Of a DNA stretch of 64,000 nucleotides, positions 42,596 to 51,813 are shown in pieces. The translations under genes were made by a program, and so were the position numbers. Where the stretch lies: assembly GCA_963771175.1 (NCBI GenBank), contig CAVYSY010000039.1, positions 384,001-448,000 of the forward strand. Direction: 5' to 3'. Origin of the DNA: an uncultured delta proteobacterium. Lineage in GTDB: Bacteria; Myxococcota; Myxococcia; Myxococcales; Myxococcaceae. The notes beneath the pieces are model-generated. The model saw only the letters and a program-made list of their open reading frames with translations. It was not told where the DNA came from and searched no databases. The first letter of the stretch is position 1. The number at the start of each line of letters is the position of its first letter.

Positions 42596-43932
42596 CTAAC
42601 TACCAGAACTTCCCCCAGAAGAGGAGTCCTCGATGTCATCGGGGGCCGGACGGGTGGGATAGGGGATGCCCTCCGCCCCCCGGACCTCGGTGGGAAGCAC
42701 GGCCCCGGCCCTCACCTCGCCCTCCTTGTCCACGTCGGCGGGCTTGTCGCGGGCCACCGGGGCGCTCGTCTGCTGGGGGCGCTTCTTCACCGAGGCGAAG
42801 ATGGGCCGACAGGCGTCCACGAAGCGCCGCACCTCGTCCAGCGGCAGCGCCGGGACGGAGTTGTCGTTCACCCCCTTCATGGTGGTGGCCATGCACATGG
42901 AGTTGAGGATGGCCTCCTCGGTGGCCTCCATGACGGCCTCGTAGAGGGGGTCCAGCCGCTGATCCAGGAGGATCTTCAGCTTGTAGACCATCTTCTGGGT
43001 GCGCCTGGGGATGATGTTGGCGGTGGAGAAGCCCACCACGATCTCCCCCGAGCCGTGCGCCGCGTAGCTGCCCACCCGGCCGATGCCCAGCGACACGCGC
43101 TTGCACAGGCGGTTGATCTGATGGCTGCAGCAGCGGCGCGTCCGTGGCCACCACGGCGATGATGGAGCCGTACGTCTGCCCGCGCCGGGGCGCGTCCTTG
43201 AACTTCTCGGCGAGCACCTCGCCCACGGGCAGGCCGCCCACGCGCAGGTTGTGCATCTTCCCGAAGTTGGACATCACCAGCACGCCCAGGGTGTAGCCGC
43301 CGAGCGCCTCGGGCAGCTTGCGCGAGGAGGTGCCGATGCCGCCCTTGAAGTCGCACGTCACCATGCCGGTGCCACCGCCCACGTTGCCCTCGGCCACCGG
43401 GCCGCTTCGAGGCGTTGCGGATGGCCTCGAAGACGTGCTCGTCGCGCACGTGCCGGCCGGAGATGTCGTTGAGGTAGCTGTCGTCGCACTCGCCGACGAT
43501 CGGGATGATGACGTCGTGCTCGTCGCCGATGCCCGGGTACTGCTCCACCATGTGGCGGGCCACCGCGTCGGACACCGCGCCCACGGACATGGTGTTGGTG
43601 AGGAGGATGGGCGTCTCGATCAGCCCCCACTCCATGACCTGCGTCATGCCGGAGACCTCGCCGGCGCCGTTGAGCACGAAGCCGCCGCCGTTCATGCGCT
43701 CCATGAAGATGTTGCCCAGGTTGGGCAGGATGGCGGTGACGCCGGTGCGCACCGGCCCATGCCCGGGCCTCAGCGGACCCTCGCCCCGGATGATGGTGCT
43801 GTGCCCGACCAGCACGCCCTCCACGTCGGTGATGGCGTTGTACCGGCCGGTCTTGAAGCGGCCCAGCGGGATGCCCAGCTCCCGGGCTCGGACGCGCTTC
43901 TCGGGGGACTCGGTCTCGGGTGGGTTGACCAT
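42596..43932 (-). CDS. P1/S58 family peptidase (DmpA-like D-aminopeptidase; frameshifts near 43400 and 43125)
   Basis: NAITDVEGVLVGH, RTGVTAI, ECDDSYLND, EGNVGGGTGM, FKGGIGTSSR, GSII and HGSGE motifs. Confidence 0.88.
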
Positions 43933-44007
43933 GAGGCACGACCCTAGCCGAGGCCCGCTCATGGTCAATCGCTCGATGCGCACTCTGGCCACCGCCAACG
44001 CCCTTGG

Positions 44008-45135
44008 CTACTCCGAGCCCCAGGAGCCCTTGCGGATGAGGCCATCGTTCTTGCTGGAGGTGAGCTCATGGGCCACGACGTCCTGCCCCTCGTTCAAGGG
44101 CCAGTAGCCCACGAGGCCCGACTCGTCCCCCTCGAGGGTGCGGTTCATGTCCTCTTTGATCTCCTGCTGGCCCCGGGGAATGCTCCAGATGCGCACGTCC
44201 CGGATGTCCCCCTGGAAGAAGCGCTCGCGACCGCCGCCCCTGGCACCAATGCCCCAGGGCGCATCCACGAAGAAGGTACCGAGCGGATGGGGCGTGGAGG
44301 CCGCCAGCTCCCCATCACGGTAGAGGAGCCACCGCGCGCCGTCGTAGACCCCGGCCAGGTGGACCCACCGGCCCACGTCCGAGGAGGGCACGTCGAAGCT
44401 CGTGGAGAAGTCCTGCCCGTTGAAGGAGCCGACCTGGTATTTCCCGCTGTTGATGCGAAGGAAGACCTCGGCGGGGGGAGAGTTGGTGTGCCCGTGGGTC
44501 ACGATGTTGCGAAGGAAGTTCAGGGCCCTCGGACGGACCCACGCCTCGATCGTGATGGGGCCGAAGAAGATCAGCTCGTTCGGGTTGCCCAGCTCGACGT
44601 AGGACTCCTTCCCATCAAGTCGGAGGAACGCCTTCTTCGCCGCGGGCTGCTCCACCGGGGGCCCCGAGCCTCCGACGCCTTCGTCGCCGCGGCCGCGTAG
44701 CAGGAGGACGGTGGTCAGCGCGATGAAGAGGATGCCAGCGGCCAGGGCGATCCACGGCAGCGGCAACTTCTTCTTCGGCGCCGGGGCCTGGGGAAGTGGA
44801 ACCTGGACGCTCGCCGAGGGCCCGACGGCGAACTCCTCATCGGGATTGGCCACGTTCACCACGGACAGATGGAACGCGTACTGCCCCTGGGGAGTGCCGG
44901 ACGGGACGGCCACCCGCACGGTGTATTGATGGGTGCCATCGGGGGGGAAATCGCGCTCGGGCTCCCCGTCGAGCACCAACCACTCCCTCGGTGTCGATCC
45001 TTCGGGCTCGACCACGGCGCGGCCCCGGACCGGTCGCCCGAGGGCATTCGAAACCGTGAAGGTGAGCTCACCCTGGCCCGTCCCATTCAGTCGGATCGAA
45101 GGAGTGGACGTGGTGATGGCGAAAACGCGGAACAT
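44008..45135 (-). CDS. Bitopic membrane protein: N-terminal Ig-like domain, TM helix, C-terminal LamG/concanavalin-A-like domain
   Basis: No signal peptide; KKK before the TM helix; LamG_3 motifs TIEAWVRP, WVHLAGVYDG, FQGDIRDVRIW and LVGYWPLNE. Confidence 0.8.
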   Translation of the reverse strand: MFRVFAITTSTPSIRLNGTGQGELTFTVSNALGRPVRGRAVVEPEGSTPREWLVLDGEPERDFPPDGTHQYTVRVAVPSGTPQGQYAFHLSVVNVANPDEEFAVGPSASVQVPLPQAPAPKKKLPLPWIALAAGILFIALTTVLLLRGRGDEGVGGSGPPVEQPAAKKAFLRLDGKESYVELGNPNELIFFGPITIEAWVRPRALNFLRNIVTHGHTNSPPAEVFLRINSGKYQVGSFNGQDFSTSFDVPSSDVGRWVHLAGVYDGARWLLYRDGELAASTPHPLGTFFVDAPWGIGARGGGRERFFQGDIRDVRIWSIPRGQQEIKEDMNRTLEGDESGLVGYWPLNEGQDVVAHELTSSKNDGLIRKGSWGSE

Positions 45136-45389
45136 GTGTGTCTCCCTGGAGCCCCGTTACACATGGGTGGAGCCCCATCAGGGAAAGTGGAGAGGGTCCG
45201 GCCCGCATGTGACTGCCCTGGGCGGAAGTCAGCCCCTGCGAGCAGAGGGGCGGTCGCCCGAGGCGTTGCTGGGCACGCAGGTGCGCGCGGGCCCGGTGCC
45301 TCACCTCCCCGTCGAGGCACCGGGATGAGGCTCGGAACCAGAGCGCAACACCCTCGCCCGCTGGCCGTTCTCCAGCGAGACAATCTAGT

Positions 45390-46881
45390 GTGCGGTCCTC
45401 CACCTCGAAGCCCGACGGAGACCCCTTGGACGCAACCCATCCGCCAGGAGCGCGCGTGCGCTGGCTCATCGCCGGAGCCTTCCACCCCTCGCCCTCGGGC
45501 CGCCGGTTCCTCCTCACCGGGGACTCCTTCAACGAGCAACTCCGGCGCGCCGCGAGCGGGCTGAGCATCACCGTCGAGGACCGCATCGGCTCCGGCGACG
45601 CGATCTCCCATGAGGTGTCCTTCGACAGGCTGGCCGCCTTCCAGCTCTCCGAGGTCATCGACTCGATACCGGATCTGCGCGCCCTGCGTTCCGCCCTCGC
45701 GGCGCTCTCCGGCTCGAGGCCCCTTGGCCCCGAGGAGACCGCCCGCCTCCAGTCCGCCATGACCCCGGGCCGCCTGTCCGCCGACGTGGCCGAGGCCCTT
45801 CGCGGCCAGCGCTCGCCGCAGGACGCCCGCCACGCCGTACTCACCACCATCGAAGAGGCCCTCTTCGCCACCGCGCGCGACATCCTCCAGCATCCGGTCG
45901 TGGCGCGGCTGGAGTCCGCGTGGCGAGGGCTGCACTGGCTGTTGGAGCACTGCCCCGCCTCGGCCGGCATGGAGCTCGAGGTGCTCGACGTGGGGCCCCA
46001 CCAGCTCCTGGACGCCCTCGGGGAGTGCCTCGGCGAGTCTCCCCTCCAGCGCCCCGATGCGTGCTTCATCCTCGAAGCGGGCGACGACGTGGACACCTTG
46101 CGCCAGCTCGCGACCCTGGGCGAGCAGACCTGGCTGCCCATGGTGGTGACCATGCCCCCTTCCCTCCTCGGGGACGGACAGCGGCCCGTCGGCGAGAAGA
46201 AGGAGGCCCGCCCGCCGGAAGCGTGGAGCCGGCTGCGCGCTGAAGAGTCCTCGCGCTGGCTGTGCGCCGCCCTCAACCCCGTGGTGATGATGGCCGAGCA
46301 GCGGGGAGAGGTGCGCCGCGAGTGCTTCACCAGCCCCGTGCTCGCAGTGGCGGCCCTGCTGGCGGCCAGCTTCCGAGACACGCACACCTTCGCCCGAGTC
46401 GTGGGACCGGGAAGCGGGACGCGAGCACCCGCCGTGTGGCGACCCAATGAACGCGCGACCGTGGCGACCGAGGTGGGCCTCTCCCTGCATGAGCAGGAGC
46501 GACTGGCCGCGAGGGGACTGGCGGGCGTGAGCGGCTGGTGGGACTCGGACGCCGTGCTGCTGGCGGCGGCCCCCACCGTGTATGGCGGCCGAGATGCCAC
46601 GACACTCGCCGCGCAGCTCCTCACCGGCCGCATCGTCCGCCTCGCCGAGGAACTGGCCGAGCGTCTCCCCGTCGGCGCCAGCCCTGACGCGGTGTCCGCC
46701 GCTCTTCACCCGAGCCGCCGAGGCGTTCCTCCCCGCGGGCCGGGGGCAGAGCTGCCAGCTTCACGGGAGGGTGGTGCCCACCGGCAACGGAGAGCGGGGC
46801 GTGCATGTTCGCGCCTCGCTGCGGCCCGAACTGGCGGGCACCCACGTGCAGCTGGAGTTCACCCTGCCGCTGCGAGGGTGA
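45390..46881 (+). CDS. Divergent contractile-sheath protein: TssB-like N-terminus fused to a TssC-like domain (frameshift near 46705)
   Basis: DSFNEQL...LSITVEDRI...VSFDRLAAFQLSEVIDSIPDLRAL resembles TssB/VipA; ILQHPVVARLESAWRGLHWLL...LEVLD resembles the TssC/VipB N-terminus. Confidence 0.68.
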
Positions 46882-47016
46882 GACCGGGGAGGCTCATCCC
46901 GCCCAGGGAAGACCGTCGGTCTTCTCCGCGAGCCGAACGCTGGGAGCGTCGCGAGCGGATGGCGTCAAGATGTGAAATGATGGCCTTCACGCTCCGTGCG
47001 AGGGAGGACCCATCCG

Positions 47017-48948
47017 GTGAGGACGGCATTCCAGGAAGAGCTCCAGCTCGAGCTGACGCTCACCATTGGTGGCAGGTCCTTCACCATTCCCGGCGGCCAG
47101 GTGAAACACCTGGCCGTGCACCTGGCCAACCACGGCTTCACCGCCTCGGTCACTTTCTGGACCTCGCTGGAGAAGAAGGACGCGCCGCTCTTCACCGCCT
47201 TCCAGAAGCCGGACCTCGTCCAGGTGCGGCTGGCCGTGTCCGCGGTGGATCCCGAGCTCGACTCGCCGCCCGCGCCGCTCGTGCTCCAGGGCCTCGTCCG
47301 CAGCCGCCGCCTCGTGGCCGAGACCCACGGTGCCACCAAGGGCTCCGATCGCGTCTTCCGCCGCTACACCATCGAGTTCGCCGACGCCGCCCAGGTCCTC
47401 TGGCGCCAGCACCGCCCCGTCGAGCTGCTCACCGACATCTCGATGCAGGAGGTGCTCGACGCCCACAAGGCCACCCTCCAGCTCTCCTACGACTGGGCAG
47501 TGCTCCGACAGAAGCAACCCATGCTGTGCCTCGCGCTGGGCGCCGACGCCCCCGAGGTGAGCTTCTACGACTTCGTCCTCTGGTACGTGGCCGCGAACAA
47601 CGGCGTCTGGAGCTACGACAGCCAGAAGAACGAATACCTGCTGGCCGACAGCAAGCCCTCCTCGGGCCAGGCGGCCCCGCTGGGCCCCCTCCGGGTGGAC
47701 AACACGCAGGTGCATCTGCCGCCGCCCATCCGCCACGGCACCCGCGTGCTCAACGCCCTGGCCAATGGGCCCACCACCGCGGCGCTCGAGCAGAACCAGG
47801 CCGTCGCCGGCGTGTCCCACGACGTGATGCTGCGCACGCCCCTCACCTCCGAGGCCGAACAGCGGCAGAAGCTGGAGAAGACACGCCTGCAGGTGCGGCA
47901 GCGCCAGCTCCAGGTGTCCTTCAAGAGGTTCCCCGCGGTGGACGTCTTCCCCGGCGCGCTGCTGCGCCTGGAGGGCTCGCTCTGGCCCTCGGCGTTGACG
48001 GGGCTCGACGAGGACATGCGGGTGCTCGAGCTGGACCTGGAGGCCCACGCCACGAGCGAGGGCAAGCATGACAAGCAGCAGACCCCCTCGGCCCAGTACC
48101 AGGTGCTCCTGGGGGTACGGCTGGAGTCCGCCTCCGACCCGGCGGTCACCCTGCCCCCCTACCGCACCCCGCGCTACCCCATCCATGTCGAGGGTCTGGT
48201 GCACAGTCCCGGCGGAGAGCCCACGGACCGGCGCTACCTCATCGTCGAGGACGAGAAGACCTCCCTCAACTCCTTCCGGATGACGGTGCCACTGTGGAAC
48301 CAGACGGTGAGCGTGCCCGCCGAGCCGATCCACTTCCCCGGCCACTTCTTCTTCCCTCCGTACAAGAACACGCGGGTGATGGTGGCGCTCCACTTCGAGC
48401 GCGCCGAGCTGATCCGCTTCCTCGACTGGAAGGAAGGCGTGCGCACGCCCCAGGACGGACAGGGCGATCAGGTGCTGCTCGGCTGGAACAAGACGAGCCA
48501 GACGGCCATGACGCACGACTTCCAGGACGACAAACCGGTGTGGCGCATGCATCGCACCTCCGGGGGTGACACGCAGGTCGTCCGCATGGGGGAGGGCCAC
48601 CTCTTCATCCAGGTGAAAGAGACGCCCAGCGGAGGCTCCCCCACCCCCACCTACGATGTCTCGCCCCAGGTGCAGGCCGCCAAGGGAGACCTCTCGTCGG
48701 CGGTGGGGGGCGCCATCGGGGAGACCTCGGCCGCCTACCAGGGCGCGATGGCCGCCGTGCGTGCGAAGATGAAGAGCGCCCAGGCGGAGGCGAAGGCGGC
48801 GCTCAGCGGAGCTCGGGCCGAAGTGGGTGGCAAGGTGGCGGAGGCCAAGAGCGGGCTCCAGGGGGCGACGTCTCGGCTGTCCCAGGGCGTGAGCAAGCTC
48901 TCGGGGACGGCGGAGGCGGCCAAGGCGTCACTCAAGAAGCTGCTGTGA
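47017..48948 (+). CDS. VgrG/gp27-like spike-hub paralog (PdpA-like) with a C-terminal helical extension
   Basis: Collinear with 58954..60607 (LTLTIGG, LWRQHxP, SFYDxVLWYV, VEG, PGHFxFPxYK, RFLDW, PQDGQG, IQVKE), plus about 108 extra residues. Confidence 0.72.
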   Translation: MRTAFQEELQLELTLTIGGRSFTIPGGQVKHLAVHLANHGFTASVTFWTSLEKKDAPLFTAFQKPDLVQVRLAVSAVDPELDSPPAPLVLQGLVRSRRLVAETHGATKGSDRVFRRYTIEFADAAQVLWRQHRPVELLTDISMQEVLDAHKATLQLSYDWAVLRQKQPMLCLALGADAPEVSFYDFVLWYVAANNGVWSYDSQKNEYLLADSKPSSGQAAPLGPLRVDNTQVHLPPPIRHGTRVLNALANGPTTAALEQNQAVAGVSHDVMLRTPLTSEAEQRQKLEKTRLQVRQRQLQVSFKRFPAVDVFPGALLRLEGSLWPSALTGLDEDMRVLELDLEAHATSEGKHDKQQTPSAQYQVLLGVRLESASDPAVTLPPYRTPRYPIHVEGLVHSPGGEPTDRRYLIVEDEKTSLNSFRMTVPLWNQTVSVPAEPIHFPGHFFFPPYKNTRVMVALHFERAELIRFLDWKEGVRTPQDGQGDQVLLGWNKTSQTAMTHDFQDDKPVWRMHRTSGGDTQVVRMGEGHLFIQVKETPSGGSPTPTYDVSPQVQAAKGDLSSAVGGAIGETSAAYQGAMAAVRAKMKSAQAEAKAALSGARAEVGGKVAEAKSGLQGATSRLSQGVSKLSGTAEAAKASLKKLL

Positions 48949-48976
48949 GCAACGAACCGACGGACGGAGCAGACCC

Positions 48977-51299
48977 ATGCAGGAACTGCGCGGCAAGGTG
49001 GCGGAGCTTCGCGGAGAACTGGAGTCCTTCAGCACGGGCGTGGTGGCCCGCCTGACGCCGATCCGGACCGAGCTCGAGACGCTGACGGGCAAGCTCGAGT
49101 CGGCCCTGGCCACCCTGCGCCCCGAGGTGGAGACGGTGGGCGGAGAGCTCTCGAAGAAGATTGATTCCCTGGATGCCGAGCTGGCGAAGATGGAGTCCTG
49201 AGTGAAGGCGCTGTGGACCAGGTTCGACAAGGCCGCGGAAGAGGTGCTCTCCCTGCGGCAGAAGCTCGAGTCCTCCGCGGGCCGAGTCCGCAGCAGCCTG
49301 GAGGCAATCGAGCCGACGGTCTCCTCGCGTTGCCAGGCCCTGGAAGGCCAGGTGAAGAGCAAGGAGCAGTCCTTCGTGCAGCAGCTCGACGGGCTGGGCA
49401 AGGAGGTCGGGCAGCGCCGCGAGTCGCTCGGCTCCGAGATGGCTTCCGCCATCAAGAAGCGCAAGGACGCCCTGCAGGCGAAGCACGAGGAGCGCGAGAA
49501 GCAGCGCCAGGATGAGTACGAGAAGCTCCGCGCTCAGGCCGAGCAGGAGGTGAAGGACACCGCGCAGCTCGAGGCGCGTCTGAAGCAGCTCGAGGACGAG
49601 TACGAGAAGCTCCGTGCTCAGGCCGAGCAGGAGCTCCAGAAGGCCACCGTGGAGCTCGAGGAGCGCGAGAAACAGCTTGAGCAGGAGCTCCAGAAGCTCC
49701 AGGCCAAGGCGGAGGAGCAGCTCCAGGGAGCGACCACGAAACTCGCGGCCGTGACGACGATGGTGCTCGCCCCGATGACGCAGCTCCGCGAGACCATTGG
49801 TCACGAGACCGAGCGGCTGACCCAGACGCTCGACACCGTGATCGCCGAGCCCTCCAACGCGCTGCAGAAAGTCCATGAAAGCGTCAAGTCATCGGGCGAG
49901 ACCTCGAAAGCCGAGGTCCGGCGGCAGATCGGTCAGCTCCGCGCGGGGCTGGAGCCGGTCCGCTCCCAGGTGAAGAGCGCCACCGAGACGGCCACCCAGC
50001 TCCTGGAGACGCTGGAGAACACCGTCGGCACCACGCTCACGACCGGGCGCGACCAGCTCAACCGGACGCTCGATGCGACTCGAGCAGACCGTGGCCGGAC
50101 AGGTGCAGCAACTGGCGGACGGCATCAAGGCCGTGGAGCAGCTCCTCGAGCAGGTGCAGCAGCAGATCGACACGGCCATTACCCAGGGAAGCGAGGCCCT
50201 CGATGCCCTGATGAAAACGGCGCTCACCACCTTCGAGTCCATCCAGGCCCCCGTGAAACAGACCCTCGACGCCGCCTTCTCGGTGCTCGACACCCTGATG
50301 GACACGCTCGCCCAGGTCGAGAAGCAGATTCAGGCGATCTTCACCGCCCTGCCCGAGAAGCTCGAGCAGCTCCAGACGCTCTACAAGACGCTGGTGGGCA
50401 CGCTGGAGTCCCTGCTGGCCAAGGCCGTGCAACTGCTGGAGGCCGTTCCCGCCTCGGATCTGCCCAAGCCACTGGTAGACCCGGCCATGCAGGCCATCAG
50501 CAAGGTGGTGAACCAGATCTCCACCCAGCTCGGCACCATCACCAGCCAGGTGGGCGAGCAGCTCACCTCACTGCAGCAGCAGCTCATCACCCAGGTGGAG
50601 CAGATCCAGACGCAGGCCGTGGCGCAGGTGGATGCGCTGAAGGAACAGCTCGTCCAGCAGATCCAGACCCTGAAGGAGTCGGTGCAGACCAGCATCGACC
50701 AGGCCGTGGCGCAGGTGGAGCAGCTCATCGAGCAGGTGGCGGTGCAGATCGCGACCGCCCGCGACCAGGTGGTCAATCAGGTGGAGGCGCTCAAGGCGCA
50801 GGTGGCCGCGCGCGTGGATGCGCTCGAGGAGCAGGTGAAGCAGCAGCTCGAGGCGTTCCAGCAGACCCTCGACGGCGGGGCGAACGCCGCGACCGATCAG
50901 GTGACGCAGGTGGGCGAGACGATCAACCAGCAGGTGGCCTCCACCCAGGAGCAAATGAAGGCCGGGCTCGACACGGTCAGCACCACGGTGGACTCGGCGC
51001 TCGACGAGGCCAGCAAGGCCCGGGAGCGCATCGAGGCGGAGATCGCCCTGCGGGTGGATCAGGTGCTCGCCACCTTCGCGCAACAGGCCGAGGGGCTGAT
51101 GGACGCGGCGGCGAAACAGGTCGACGCGTTGTCCGCTCAGGTGGACGTGGCCCGGGAACAACTGCTCGCGCCGCTGGACAAGATCGAGACGTCGATCCAG
51201 GAGTCCACCCTCTTCTCCCAGCCGGTGGAGCAGGCTCGCACCTGGCTGGGGACGCTGTTCGACGGGCTCGACGCCCAGGTGCGCTCGCTGGCCGCCTGA
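48977..51299 (+). CDS. Long alpha-helical repeat protein of about 770 aa (in-frame TGA at 49199-49201; frameshift near 50080)
   Basis: ORFs 48977, 49202 and 50073 share Gln/Glu/Leu/Ala-rich composition; 11-residue periodicity; DEYEKLRAQAEQE duplicated 28 aa apart. Confidence 0.7.
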
Positions 51300-51300
51300 C

Positions 51301-51813
51301 TCAGGCGCCGAACTTCGGCGGCTCCGGCATCTTCTCCGGCGGCTTGGGCATCTCCGGAGCCCCCTTGGGGGCTTCCGGCGCCGCGGGCATCTCCGAGGGG
51401 ATGGCCGGCGGAACCGAGTCGCTCAGGATGCGGCTCACGGTCAGCTCGACGTCCACCGCACTGGGCGAGGGCGGGCTGAGCAGCATCTGCCAGTTGCCGT
51501 CCGGAGCGGTGAAGAGGAAGGAGACGGCCACCGAGCCCTCCTTCGGCGCCTTCACCTGGAAGCGCTGGATGGTGCCCGGGTAGATGACCGCCGTATGCAG
51601 CACGGTCTTGTCCGGGGCGCCGACCTTGGCGGCCACCTCGAAGTACGCCTCGTTGGCGTACTGCTTGGGGTCCACCTCGCGAACGAGCATGTACATGGGC
51701 CGGCCCAGGTTGGTCCCGGGCGGGGACTTGATGTTGAGGCTGATGGTGCTCGGCGCACAAGCACCGAGCAGCAACGCGGACAGGGTCGTCAACCGATACA
51801 TGCGTGCGCTCAT
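51301..51813 (-). CDS. Secretion-system outer-membrane lipoprotein (TssJ/IglE-like)
   Basis: Lipobox LLGAC; LNIKSPPGTNLGRPMYMLV resembles the TssJ N-x-x-x-P strand; ATGA-coupled to tssM; Pro-rich tail. Confidence 0.65.
   Translation of the reverse strand: MSARMYRLTTLSALLLGACAPSTISLNIKSPPGTNLGRPMYMLVREVDPKQYANEAYFEVAAKVGAPDKTVLHTAVIYPGTIQRFQVKAPKEGSVAVSFLFTAPDGNWQMLLSPPSPSAVDVELTVSRILSDSVPPAIPSEMPAAPEAPKGAPEMPKPPEKMPEPPKFGA

Noticed and set aside
45390..48071. 893-aa ORF as one giant sheath-hub fusion
   Set aside because: After about 46705 the frame becomes Arg/Pro/Gly noise. The true C-terminus is in ORF 46582..46881, and the hub gene has its own RBS and start at 47017.
49199..49201. Selenocysteine recoding of the in-frame TGA
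   Set aside because: The context is coiled coil with no redox motif, and I saw no convincing SECIS hairpin.
51293..51307. Palindrome CGCCTGACTCAGGCG at the junction of the two convergent operons (similar case at 7551-7560)
   Set aside because: It is explained by two tail-to-tail GCC-TGA gene ends and has no U-tract.
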